In this document: positions 1 to 13,441 of the stretch, one piece after another
How the letters are laid out: every line of letters starts with the position of its first letter
How positions within the stretch are numbered: position 1 is the first letter of the stretch
Source: Bacilli bacterium
GTDB lineage: Bacteria > Bacillota_I > Bacilli_A > RFN20 > CAG-826
Assembly: GCA_035647455.1 (NCBI GenBank)
Contig: DASRNI010000002.1
Location: forward strand, 66,051 to 130,050
Direction of reading: 5' to 3'
Length of the DNA: 64,000 nucleotides
Position numbers and translations under genes: made by a program
The notes under the pieces: generated by a model
The model's input: only the letters and a program-made list of their open reading frames with translations
The model's database searches: none
Told to the model about the DNA's origin: nothing

Positions 1-1
1 T

Positions 2-610
2 GACTTAAAACCAAAACGGTTCAAAGGTAAAAATAAAGCTGTTGGTCTCGAAAAAGTAATTTTCAATTGTCCGAAATGCCAGACTAAAGAAAATCTCTTA
101 GTGCAAAATGATTTTTATTTATGTTGTAATTGTGGTTTCCGCATAACGCATGATGACTTTGGCTATTTGCATAGTGACGAATGGACGAAGTATAAGTCGC
201 TTGTTGCAGTTGATGAAGAAAATAAAATAGCGTATCAAGATATGATCGTGCGAAATAAAGATTTCCGCGTCACGGCAACCGGTCACTTCTTTTTACAGAA
301 AATAAATGAGCGTAAAGAAAAGGGCGTCGCAGATATAGTACTCGACCGTAAAAGTCTAAGGTTTAGCTTTAGAGACGGAGAACAATTAACGTATTTGCTT
401 AATGAAATCGCACTAGTGACGCTTGCCCAAAAAGAAACAGTGCTTATTTATTTAAAAGATGGACAAAGAATTATGCTTTCCTTAACGGCAGCAACAAAAA
501 CATTCGCCTATGAATTCACAGTTGCCGCGCAGGTGATTATTAATATAAATAAATATGAATCAATGAATAAACCGGTTATAAAGCTTGACGTAACTGACCT
601 TGGTCTTTAG
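2..610 (+). CDS. C-terminal fragment of a protein whose 5' end lies upstream of the window; zinc-ribbon-like CPKC...CCNC motif; family not recognised
   Basis: The frame of track ORF 101..610 stays open back to base 2 (DLKPKRFKGKNKAVGLEKVIFNCPKCQTKENLL...). It carries two CxxC pairs. Confidence 0.5.
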   Translation, partial: DLKPKRFKGKNKAVGLEKVIFNCPKCQTKENLLVQNDFYLCCNCGFRITHDDFGYLHSDEWTKYKSLVAVDEENKIAYQDMIVRNKDFRVTATGHFFLQKINERKEKGVADIVLDRKSLRFSFRDGEQLTYLLNEIALVTLAQKETVLIYLKDGQRIMLSLTAATKTFAYEFTVAAQVIININKYESMNKPVIKLDVTDLGL

Positions 611-718
611 TAAACTAATAAATAAAACACAAAAACACTTAAAAAACACACAAAAAGCCGCTATAAAATGCGAATTTTTTTAAAAATGAAAAAAAGTGAT
701 TTTTTCCTATCATATCGT

Positions 719-747
719 TTGAACTACTATGTTCTTTGTGGTTTAAT
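719..747 (+). promoter_or_regulatory. Possible upstream rRNA promoter (TTGAAC-17 nt-TTTAAT preceded by TGg)
   Basis: Hexamers read by eye at 719-724 and 742-747. The -10 is weak. Confidence 0.3.
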
Positions 748-809
748 ATGGCAAGTGTTTAATGAAAACACATTATGTAATTATCACCCGGGAAAAACAA
801 TGCTTATTG

Positions 810-838
810 TTGACAAGACTCCTTATGCGTGATATTAT
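810..838 (+). promoter_or_regulatory. Sigma-70-type rRNA operon promoter: TTGACA-17 nt-TATTAT with TGn extended -10
   Basis: TTGACA at 810-815, TG at 830-831 and TATTAT at 833-838, about 170 nt upstream of the 16S 5' end. Confidence 0.6.
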
Positions 839-902
839 ATGAAAGCGCTACCCATAGAGAGGGGCCTATTACTAAAGTAATACGGTTCACGTTAGCGCAA
901 TT

Positions 903-920
903 GATCTTTGAAAACTGAAC
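903..920 (+). promoter_or_regulatory. boxA-like rRNA leader element (GATCTTTGAAAACTGAAC)
   Basis: It resembles the CTTTGAAAACT leader/spacer element conserved in Bacillota rrn operons. A near-copy recurs in the 16S-23S spacer at 2668-2686. Confidence 0.4.
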
Positions 921-1009
921 AGATGTACAAATAAAACAACGTCAATTTTTTTAACCAAAAATAATATGAACTAGGATTACTAAACTTTAAATTAAATTTT
1001 AAAACTTTT

Positions 1010-2549
<1,540 letters not shown>

Positions 2550-2667
2550 TGGAGAAATCGGACGGCGAAAAGTCGTCCACATTGTACAAAAAACAACCTA
2601 AATCCTTATTCATATAAGATGAAGTTTTAGTGCATCTGTTTAGTTTTGAGAGATTAATCTCTCAGAT

Positions 2668-2686
2668 TGCTCTTTGAAAACTGAAT
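2668..2686 (+). promoter_or_regulatory. boxA-like element in the 16S-23S spacer (TGCTCTTTGAAAACTGAAT)
   Basis: Near-repeat of the leader element at 903-920. No tRNA is detectable in the 2550-2821 spacer. Confidence 0.4.
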
Positions 2687-2821
2687 ATTAAACAATAATA
2701 TATACATGTTCTTTCTGTTAAAGTCGTGATTTCACCAATTGGTAAAATTACGAAAGCAACAAAAAACAAAAAGTAAAACCAAGATTTTACAACGCAAACT
2801 TTTTAACAACAAAAAAATAAA

Positions 2822-5720
<2,899 letters not shown>

Positions 5721-5814
5721 TTCTTTGTTAATTTTTTGCGCCAATAAATCATTTTACTTAAAAGGACACGTAAATAGGAAGTTTAGTATTCAGTTTTGAA
5801 GGAGTAATCCTTCT

Positions 5815-5925
5815 GTTGCCTGGCGACGATAGCATAGTGGCCACACCTGTTCCCATCTCGAACACAGAAGTTAAGCACTATAGCGGTGAATGTACCTGCA
5901 AAGGGAGAATAACACGTCGCCAGGT
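5815..5925 (+). rRNA. rrf: 5S ribosomal RNA
   Basis: Helix I pairs CCTGGCGAC with GTCGCCAGG. The conserved CCCATCTCGAACACAGAAGTTAAGC core is present. A T7 run at 5925-5931 probably terminates the operon. Confidence 0.85.
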
Positions 5926-6053
5926 TTTTTTATAAGAAAAATCACCATAAATCGGACTATTTATGACGTTAAACACAATAAAAACATAAATTACTACATT
6001 ATGTAGTATAATTAATTACGGGTATATCCCTAGCTTAATTTGGAAAAATAAAA

Positions 6054-6404
6054 ATGCATACAGATAACTTACCATTTGGTGGCATTACAATTAGTAAACA
6101 AGCAATCGAAAGTGCGGCAACACGGTTTGCCCTTGATTGTTATGGTGTCGCAAGTATTGCGGACTTACCGGCGAAAAACGTCTTTGACGATCTTTTTAAA
6201 GCGGAACCAAAACCAGGTGTTGTTGCTTATAAACGGAGCGGCAGCTGGAACGTCACAATTCATATTAATGTTATCTATGGCTTAAAACTAACGGAAATTA
6301 TCAGCGGTGTTCAAGCACAAGTAAAATATATGCTTGAATCCGTTTTTGACATTAAATTTAATTCAATCAATATTTACATCGAGGGACTTGAGGTCCCGAA
6401 GTAG
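6054..6404 (+). CDS. yloU: Asp23/Gls24 family envelope stress protein (YloU-like)
   Basis: 116 aa with Asp23-like sequence. It sits directly upstream of the DAK2 protein and recG, as in Bacillus. Confidence 0.85.
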   Translation: MHTDNLPFGGITISKQAIESAATRFALDCYGVASIADLPAKNVFDDLFKAEPKPGVVAYKRSGSWNVTIHINVIYGLKLTEIISGVQAQVKYMLESVFDIKFNSINIYIEGLEVPK

Positions 6405-6417
6405 GAGTTTACACATT

Positions 6418-8085
6418 ATGAAAACGATCAACGGTATTACGCTCAAGGAAATGTTTATTTCCGGCGCGAACCATCTCTATAATAACTATCCCGCAATTGA
6501 CGCACTAAACGTCTTTCCTGTACCTGATGGTGATACAGGAATGAATATGAACTTAACTGTGAGTAGCGGTGCAAAAGAAATTGTTAATAGCAATAACGCC
6601 GACGTTAGTTGGATTGCAAAAGCTTTCTCAAAAGGCTTACTCATGGGTGCCCGTGGCAATAGCGGGGTAATCACGAGTCAAATTTTCCGTGGTTTCGCCC
6701 AAGGTATTGGCGAACGACGTGAAATTAACGCGGTCGAACTAAGTGACGCGATGCTAAGCGGTAAAGAAGTTGCTTATAAAGCAGTTATGCGCCCAGTTGA
6801 AGGGACGATGCTTACGGTAATTCGTGAAGCGGCAGAAGTTCTTGCTGATAACGTCGATGAAAACTGGAGTGTTATTAAAGCGTTTGAATTTTTACTTAAA
6901 GAAGCGCAAGCTTCGCTTGAACGAACCCCTGATTTACTGCCAATTTTAAAAGAAGTTGGTGTTGTTGATAGTGGTGGTATGGGTGTTGTTGTTATTTTTG
7001 AAGGAATGCTCAGCGCGCTTAAAGGCAAAATCATTCCGAAAGAAACCGCAACCGCTGTTGAAGCACTTCCGCAAGCTCCGCCAATGATGGCTGGTGCGAA
7101 AATTGAGCATGAAGCAGAGTACGGTTACTGTACTGAATTTATTTTACGGCTCGGTGCGGGTGACGAAGTGAAGAAACAATTTAATGAAAAGCGCTTTGCT
7201 AATGTACTTAATTCACAAGGTGATTCGATCGTCATCGTCCGTGATGAAGATATCGTTAAAGTACATATTCATACATTAAAACCGGGTAATACATTAACTT
7301 ACGCACAGCAATTTGGTGAATTCGTCACGTTAAAAATTGATAATATGACCGAACAGCACGATCAACTCCAAGATAATGCGCACGGCCAACATTTTTTAAC
7401 CGAAATGATTGAAGAAAAACCGTACGCTTTAATTAGTGTTGCTAGTGGTGAAGGACTTGTTGATTTATTTAAAGAATATCGCGTTGATTACGTTGTTGAA
7501 GGTGGACAAACGATGAACCCTTCAACCGAAGACTTTATCGCCGCAATTAAGCAGCTTAATGCGAAAGATATATTCATTTTCCCGAATAACGGAAACATTA
7601 TTCTCGCCGCAACACAGGCAAGTGAAGTAATGTTAGAAGAAGGCGGACCAAACGTCCATGTCATTGCAACGAAAACGATTCCGCAAGGTTTAACCGCCGC
7701 GATGAGTTTTAACCCTGACGTGAGCGTTGATGAAAATAAAGAAGTGATGCTTGACGCAATTGATGGCGTTGAAACTGGCCAAATCACGTTTGCGATTAAA
7801 GATACAACCGTGAACGGTGTCGAAGTTAAAAAAGATTATTACATGGCGATTAAAGGTAAAGAAATTCTTTATAGTGTAAAAAACAAATTTAGCGCACTCC
7901 GTAAATTACTCAAAGATATGATTGACGATATCGTAAGTATTGTCACAATTATTTACGGTGAAGACGTTAAAGAAGCAAAAATGAACGAGATTCAAACAGA
8001 GTTAGAAGAATTATATCCAACTGTTGACTTTGAAATCGTTAATGGTGGCCAACCTGTTTACTCATTTATTATCGGCGTGGAGTAA
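6418..8085 (+). CDS. yloV: DAK2 domain fusion protein YloV
   Basis: The N-terminus is DhaL/DAK2-like (DGDTGMNM, GARGNSGVI). The start was moved to ATG 6418, which lies behind a GTAGGAG RBS. The track start at 6334 overlaps yloU. Confidence 0.9.
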   Translation: MKTINGITLKEMFISGANHLYNNYPAIDALNVFPVPDGDTGMNMNLTVSSGAKEIVNSNNADVSWIAKAFSKGLLMGARGNSGVITSQIFRGFAQGIGERREINAVELSDAMLSGKEVAYKAVMRPVEGTMLTVIREAAEVLADNVDENWSVIKAFEFLLKEAQASLERTPDLLPILKEVGVVDSGGMGVVVIFEGMLSALKGKIIPKETATAVEALPQAPPMMAGAKIEHEAEYGYCTEFILRLGAGDEVKKQFNEKRFANVLNSQGDSIVIVRDEDIVKVHIHTLKPGNTLTYAQQFGEFVTLKIDNMTEQHDQLQDNAHGQHFLTEMIEEKPYALISVASGEGLVDLFKEYRVDYVVEGGQTMNPSTEDFIAAIKQLNAKDIFIFPNNGNIILAATQASEVMLEEGGPNVHVIATKTIPQGLTAAMSFNPDVSVDENKEVMLDAIDGVETGQITFAIKDTTVNGVEVKKDYYMAIKGKEILYSVKNKFSALRKLLKDMIDDIVSIVTIIYGEDVKEAKMNEIQTELEELYPTVDFEIVNGGQPVYSFIIGVE

Positions 8086-10061
8086 TGAATAATAAATTAT
8101 CGCGTTCACCGCGCATAGTTAGTAGTTTAGAAAAATATGACATCCGCACATTTATGGATGTCATTTTTCATTTACCGTCTTCATATCTAGATTTAAGTTA
8201 TACCAACGAATACGAACTTAATACGAATATGAAAGTAACGATCCTTGGTCGGGTGATTAGTCAGCCAACTTTTTTCCGTGGCCCGAAAGTAACTGTTGTC
8301 CGCTTTCAAATTGAATCAGCAAAAAAGATTATTTACAAAGTAATTGCCTTTAACCAACCGTACTTACTTAAACATGTCGAAGTTGGAAAACTTTATACGG
8401 TTCACGGTACGATTAATTTAAGCAAATACGAAATTACATTAAGTAAATTTGTAACGGGTGAATTAACAGACACGGCAAAATTTGTCCCAATCTACCGATT
8501 ACCGAAGCAACTTAAAAATCATGAATTTATTAGTTTAGTCCGCCGTAGTTTTCCGAAGGTGACAATTCCGAATCTTATCCCGAGTGAATTAGTCGACAAA
8601 AACCGCTTACTTTCCACATATAACGCGCTTTATCGTGTGCATAACGCGCGTAACTATGAAGATGTTGCACTCGGCTTACGGACACTAAAATACGAAGAAG
8701 CGTTAAGTTTTTTTACGAAGTCACTTTTAATTCGTAATGAAAATAGTGCGCTCCGGAATGCAACGAAAACAATGATTGATTTAAAAGCAGCAAACGCTTT
8801 TATTAAAAGTCTGCCCTTTAAACTAACCGCTGAACAAATTGCCGCGGTTCGTGAGATTGGTTTAGATATGAATAAGGAAACGTTAATGTACCGTTTACTT
8901 CAAGGTGATGTTGGGAGCGGTAAGACAGTTGTTGCTTTTAGTGCACTTTATATTAACTACTTACGGAAAGCACAAGGGGCCTTTTTAGCGCCGACTGATG
9001 CGCTAGCAAGGCAGCACTATCAAGGAATGCTGGAGCTATTTGCCCCGTTTAATTTAAACATTCGTTTATTAGTCGGAAATTTAAAAGAAACTGAAAAAAA
9101 AGCGATTAAAAAAGATTTAGAAGTGGGTCTTGTTGATATTGTTGTCGGAACGCACGCCCTTTTTAGTGCGGACGTCATTTACGAAAACTTAGAACTCGTC
9201 GTTATTGACGAACAGCATAAGTTTGGTGTGAACCAACGAAACAAATTACTGAACAAAGGCGAAAAGGCCGATTTATTACTTTTAAGTGCAACGCCAATTC
9301 CGCAAACGCTAGCGAATACAATTTATGGCGATCTCGATATTACGACAATCACAACATTCCCCTTTGCAAAACGCGATGTTTTAACGGTTATTGTTAAAAC
9401 TGAAAAAGAAGTGTTTCCGAAAATTGATGAAGCACTACGTAACGGCGAACAAGTTTATGTAATCGCGCCAAAAATTAGTTACGGCGAACGCGTTAATGTT
9501 GAACAGTTAGAAAAAATTTACTTTAAAAAATATCCCGAACGTGTTACTTCTTTGCACGGACAATTAAGTGACGAAGAAAAGCTCGTCTCTTTACAGAGTT
9601 TTCAAACAGGCGAAAAACAAATTTTAATCGCAACAAGTGTTGTTGAAGTTGGGATTGACGTGAAAAATGCGTCATTAATGGTTGTATATGAACCAATGAG
9701 CTTTGGTTTATCGTCATTACACCAACTCCGTGGCAGAATTGGTCGTGGTGGCCAAAGTGCGCTCTTTATTTTAGTTAATGAAGAAGACGAAGAAAAACTA
9801 TCTGCTCTTGTTACAGAAAGTGACGGGTTTAAGATTGCCGAGATTGATTTAAGTTTACGGGGACCTGGTGAACTAAGTGGCGTTAAACAAAGCGGGTTAC
9901 CGCCGTTTCAATATGTCAACATTATTAAAGACCTTAATTTAGTTAAAGCGGCGCGCAGCGATGCGCTCTATCTTTTAGCGAACGAATCTAATTTAGAAGT
10001 TAAAAAATATATTGATATTTTAGCAAATGAAATTAAAGAAGCAGTTACTATAAACGGTTAA
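8085..10061 (+). CDS. recG: ATP-dependent DNA helicase RecG
   Basis: 658 aa with Walker A GDVGSGKT, a DEQH box, and QLRGRIGRG motif VI. The start forms a TAATG overlap with yloV. Confidence 0.95.
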   Translation: MNNKLSRSPRIVSSLEKYDIRTFMDVIFHLPSSYLDLSYTNEYELNTNMKVTILGRVISQPTFFRGPKVTVVRFQIESAKKIIYKVIAFNQPYLLKHVEVGKLYTVHGTINLSKYEITLSKFVTGELTDTAKFVPIYRLPKQLKNHEFISLVRRSFPKVTIPNLIPSELVDKNRLLSTYNALYRVHNARNYEDVALGLRTLKYEEALSFFTKSLLIRNENSALRNATKTMIDLKAANAFIKSLPFKLTAEQIAAVREIGLDMNKETLMYRLLQGDVGSGKTVVAFSALYINYLRKAQGAFLAPTDALARQHYQGMLELFAPFNLNIRLLVGNLKETEKKAIKKDLEVGLVDIVVGTHALFSADVIYENLELVVIDEQHKFGVNQRNKLLNKGEKADLLLLSATPIPQTLANTIYGDLDITTITTFPFAKRDVLTVIVKTEKEVFPKIDEALRNGEQVYVIAPKISYGERVNVEQLEKIYFKKYPERVTSLHGQLSDEEKLVSLQSFQTGEKQILIATSVVEVGIDVKNASLMVVYEPMSFGLSSLHQLRGRIGRGGQSALFILVNEEDEEKLSALVTESDGFKIAEIDLSLRGPGELSGVKQSGLPPFQYVNIIKDLNLVKAARSDALYLLANESNLEVKKYIDILANEIKEAVTING

Positions 10062-10120
10062 ATTTTTATAATCAGTTCTTTATGTTAAAATAACATTAGT
10101 TATTTTCAAGGAGTTTTAAG

Positions 10121-11107
10121 ATGAAATTTGTAATTGATATGATGGGTGGCGATTTTGGTTCGAAGACAACGGTGGCCGCTCTTTTACGGTTTAAACAAGA
10201 TTATCCTAATGTAACGCTTTACGCTGTTGGTAAAAAAGAAGAATTAAAAGCACTAGAAAATGTTGCGGAAATTATTGATGCTCGTGATGTACTGAAGATG
10301 GACGCGGGTCCGCTTGATGCATTACGTTCGAAAGAGTCATCTATGCTCAAAGCAATTAATTTAACAAAAGAATTAAATGCGGATGCCTTAATTAGCGCTG
10401 GTGGTACTGCCGCCTTTCTTTCGGGGGCAACAGTGCGGATTAAATTAATTCCTGGTGTTGAACGTGCTGCACTCCTTGCACCGTTTCCTACTGAAATAAA
10501 AGGAAAATATGTTGCGATTTTAGATATTGGAGCGAGTAGTGAAAACACTGCGAATCATTTATATCAATTTGCTAAAATGGGACAAATATACGCCAATAGC
10601 GTCTTTAATTTAGCAAACCCGAAAACATACTTATTGAATAATGGGACTGAAGATACGAAAGGTACCGTACTCCATCAAGAAGCGCATAAACTTTTTAAAG
10701 CGCGTGAGTTAAGTGACTTTTATGGCAACATTGAAGCTCGTGAAGTTCTTTCTGGTGACGCGGATGTTGTTGTTGCCGATGGCTTTAGCGGTAACATTTT
10801 CTTAAAGGCAACTGAAGGGGCGGCCAGCGTTTTAATGGGCGGAGTTAAAAAAGCGTTTATGCATAGTGCATTAACAAAGCTTGGTTACTTATTTGCAAAA
10901 CGCGGTTTTAAAGAGTTAGCCACAACGTTTGATTATAAAAATACTGGTGGTGCTATTTTACTTGGTGTGAATAACGTTGTCATTAAGGCGCATGGTAATA
11001 GCGATGAACGTGGTTTTTATAGTGCGCTCATTGTTGCCCAAAAAATGGCGGCAGCAAAGATCGTTGAAACAGTTAAAAAAGGACTTACTGATGAAGAAAA
11101 AGTTTAA
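10121..11107 (+). CDS. plsX: Phosphate acyltransferase PlsX
   Basis: 328 aa with the typical MKFVIDMMGGD N-terminus and ADGFSGNIFLK. Confidence 0.95.
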   Translation: MKFVIDMMGGDFGSKTTVAALLRFKQDYPNVTLYAVGKKEELKALENVAEIIDARDVLKMDAGPLDALRSKESSMLKAINLTKELNADALISAGGTAAFLSGATVRIKLIPGVERAALLAPFPTEIKGKYVAILDIGASSENTANHLYQFAKMGQIYANSVFNLANPKTYLLNNGTEDTKGTVLHQEAHKLFKARELSDFYGNIEAREVLSGDADVVVADGFSGNIFLKATEGAASVLMGGVKKAFMHSALTKLGYLFAKRGFKELATTFDYKNTGGAILLGVNNVVIKAHGNSDERGFYSALIVAQKMAAAKIVETVKKGLTDEEKV

Positions 11108-11840
11108 CTTTGAAAAATTACAACATTTTAATTCATTAACCGACGCTGAAAAAGAAGCGCGACTTCTTTTGTTTACAGATTATATTAATAGTGAAGGGTT
11201 TAAAATTAACAACACTGCCCTTTTTAAGCGCGCCTTAACGCATTCAAGTTATAAACTTGTCACAAGCGATGCGAAAAGCTATGAACGTTTAGAATTTCTT
11301 GGTGATGCGGTGATTGGTCTTATTATTAGTGAAGCGTTATTTTTAAAATATCCTAAATTTGATGAAGGTAAACTTACAAAAATGAAGATTAGCTTTGTTC
11401 GTGGTGGGTCGCTTGCCGAAAAAGCGCGGGAACTACATTTTGAAAAGTTTATGCGTTACGGAAAATCAATCAGTGAACAAGAACTTTTAGCGAATGATAA
11501 ATATTTTGAAGATGTCTTTGAAGCATTTGTCGCGGCCCTTTATATTGATCAAGGGTTACAATTAACAGCAAAGTATGTCAACAAGCTTTTCGCTGAAGAA
11601 ATTGAAAACTTTGATTTTAGTAATATTATCGATTACAAGTCAACACTACAAGAATACGTACAAAGCGATAAGCGTGGTGAACTTAATTACGAAGTGACCC
11701 AAACCGGGCCAGCAAATGCACCGACTTTTTACGCAACCGTTTATTATGACGGCATTGTTTTAGGTAAAGGGCAAGGAAGTAAACGAAAAGAAGCTGAACA
11801 AGCAGCAGCCCGTGAAGCACTTTTAAAGGTGGCAAAGTAA
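11091..11840 (+). CDS. rnc: Ribonuclease III
   Basis: ERLEFLGDAV signature and a C-terminal dsRBD (GPANAPTF...GSKRKEAEQAAA). The start was moved to ATG 11091. The track start at 10977 lies inside plsX. Confidence 0.9.
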   Translation: MKKKFNFEKLQHFNSLTDAEKEARLLLFTDYINSEGFKINNTALFKRALTHSSYKLVTSDAKSYERLEFLGDAVIGLIISEALFLKYPKFDEGKLTKMKISFVRGGSLAEKARELHFEKFMRYGKSISEQELLANDKYFEDVFEAFVAALYIDQGLQLTAKYVNKLFAEEIENFDFSNIIDYKSTLQEYVQSDKRGELNYEVTQTGPANAPTFYATVYYDGIVLGKGQGSKRKEAEQAAAREALLKVAK

Positions 11841-11841
11841 A

Positions 11842-12822
11842 ATGGGTTTAATTAATTTACTCCGGAAAAAGTTCCGTGGCAAAAAAGAAAAATCGCAAAC
11901 AAAGTACGTTGTTGGCATGGAAAAAAGCCGCGCGCAATTTTCTTCGAAACTAAAAAGACTCGCCCGAAAATACAATAAAATTAATGAAGAGTACTTTGAG
12001 CAACTACTTGAAATACTAATTGAAGCGGATGTTGGCGTTAAACTCGCCTATGAAATAATTGAAGCAACAAAAGAAGAAGCAGCACTAAAAGCATTAACGG
12101 ACCCAGAAACAATTAATGACTTACTCGTCGATAAAATGTTTGTCGGTTACTTAACGCAAGGTGCGGATATTAAAACAGAAATTACGTTTAATGAAGAAGG
12201 ACCAACCGTTATTTTAGTCGTTGGTGTTAATGGTGTTGGTAAAACAACAACAATTGCTAAATTAGCTGATCGTTATTTAAAGCGTCGTAAAAAAGTACTA
12301 CTCGTCGCTGGTGACACATTTCGTGCTGGAGCGGTTGAGCAGTTAGACGTCTGGGCAAGTCGCTTAAACGTTCCGCTTGTTAAAGGCGCTTTAAACGCTG
12401 ATCCGGCAAGTGTCGCGTATGATGCGATGCAAGAAGCTAAAAGAACTAACGCCGATTTAGTGATTGTGGATACAGCAGGAAGACTCCAAACAAAAGTTAA
12501 CTTAATGGCTGAGTTAAGCAAGATTCGCCGCGTAATTAGCCGTGAAATCGAAGGTGCGCCACACGAAGTCTTTTTAGTAATTGACGCAACAACGGGACAA
12601 AACGGTGTCTTACAAGCAAAAGCATTTAGTGAAGCAACCGGCTTAACAGGTGTTGTTATTACAAAGATGGATGGCACAAGTAAAGGTGGAATCATTTTAG
12701 CGATCCGTGATGAAATTGGAGTCCCGGTGCGTTTTATTGGTTTAGGAGAAACACTAACTGACTTAGAAGAATTCGATTTAGAAAAATATTTATATGGTTT
12801 ATGCTTAGGAGATGAAGATTAA
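11842..12822 (+). CDS. ftsY: Signal recognition particle receptor FtsY
   Basis: GVNGVGKTTT, DTAGR and TKMDG SRP-GTPase motifs. Confidence 0.95.
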   Translation: MGLINLLRKKFRGKKEKSQTKYVVGMEKSRAQFSSKLKRLARKYNKINEEYFEQLLEILIEADVGVKLAYEIIEATKEEAALKALTDPETINDLLVDKMFVGYLTQGADIKTEITFNEEGPTVILVVGVNGVGKTTTIAKLADRYLKRRKKVLLVAGDTFRAGAVEQLDVWASRLNVPLVKGALNADPASVAYDAMQEAKRTNADLVIVDTAGRLQTKVNLMAELSKIRRVISREIEGAPHEVFLVIDATTGQNGVLQAKAFSEATGLTGVVITKMDGTSKGGIILAIRDEIGVPVRFIGLGETLTDLEEFDLEKYLYGLCLGDED

Positions 12823-13106
12823 TGCGCGTTTCAATTTCACTTTTTTCTTTGTTCATTAGTTTCCTTGTTTTTTATGTTGTTCGGGTCATTGTTTTTTCGT
12901 TCGGTCCGACGAATCCTTTGCTTGCTCAAATCGTTGTCTTACTTATTGCGACATTTATTGTGAGTTTTGTTTTCGCACTCCGCGCGTTTAAAAATTATCC
13001 GGGTAATAAATTTAAAGATCCAATGTTTCACCGTGTTGTTTTTCAAAATTTCTTTATTAATCTTGTTATTTTATTCGTCTTAACAACAATGAGAGGTTTA
13101 TTTTAA
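12822..13106 (+). CDS. Small hydrophobic protein with about 3 predicted TM helices, function unknown
   Basis: 94 aa. It has TAATG-type single-nt overlaps with both ftsY (12822) and ylxM (13106). Composition is strongly hydrophobic. Confidence 0.6.
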   Translation: MRVSISLFSLFISFLVFYVVRVIVFSFGPTNPLLAQIVVLLIATFIVSFVFALRAFKNYPGNKFKDPMFHRVVFQNFFINLVILFVLTTMRGLF

Positions 13107-13441
13107 TGGAACACTTAGAAAATTTTGTTTATGTTAATGAATTATTAATACTTTACGGCTCCGTACTTACGCCGCGGCAACTTTTAATGATGGAAGACTA
13201 TTATAAATATAATTTATCAATTAATGAAATCGCGGAAAACCGTAAGATTACAAAGTCGGCGGTAAGTGACGCGCTTAAAGTAGCGTTAAAAAAACTTGGT
13301 GAACTCGAAAAGAAAATTGGCTTTAAAGCGTATATTAGTAAGACAGAACGAATTTTTCAAGAAATTGTCGCCTATGATATTACTGACGCGATTAAATTAG
13401 AAATTGAAAAACTCTTAAAGGAGGTTAAGAATGGCATTTGA
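13106..13441 (+). CDS. ylxM: UPF0122 / YlxM putative helix-turn-helix protein of the SRP operon
   Basis: 111 aa. It lies immediately upstream of ffh and overlaps it. The sequence LTPRQLLMMEDYY...SINEIAENRKITKSAVSD is sigma-region-4-like. Confidence 0.8.
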   Translation: MEHLENFVYVNELLILYGSVLTPRQLLMMEDYYKYNLSINEIAENRKITKSAVSDALKVALKKLGELEKKIGFKAYISKTERIFQEIVAYDITDAIKLEIEKLLKEVKNGI

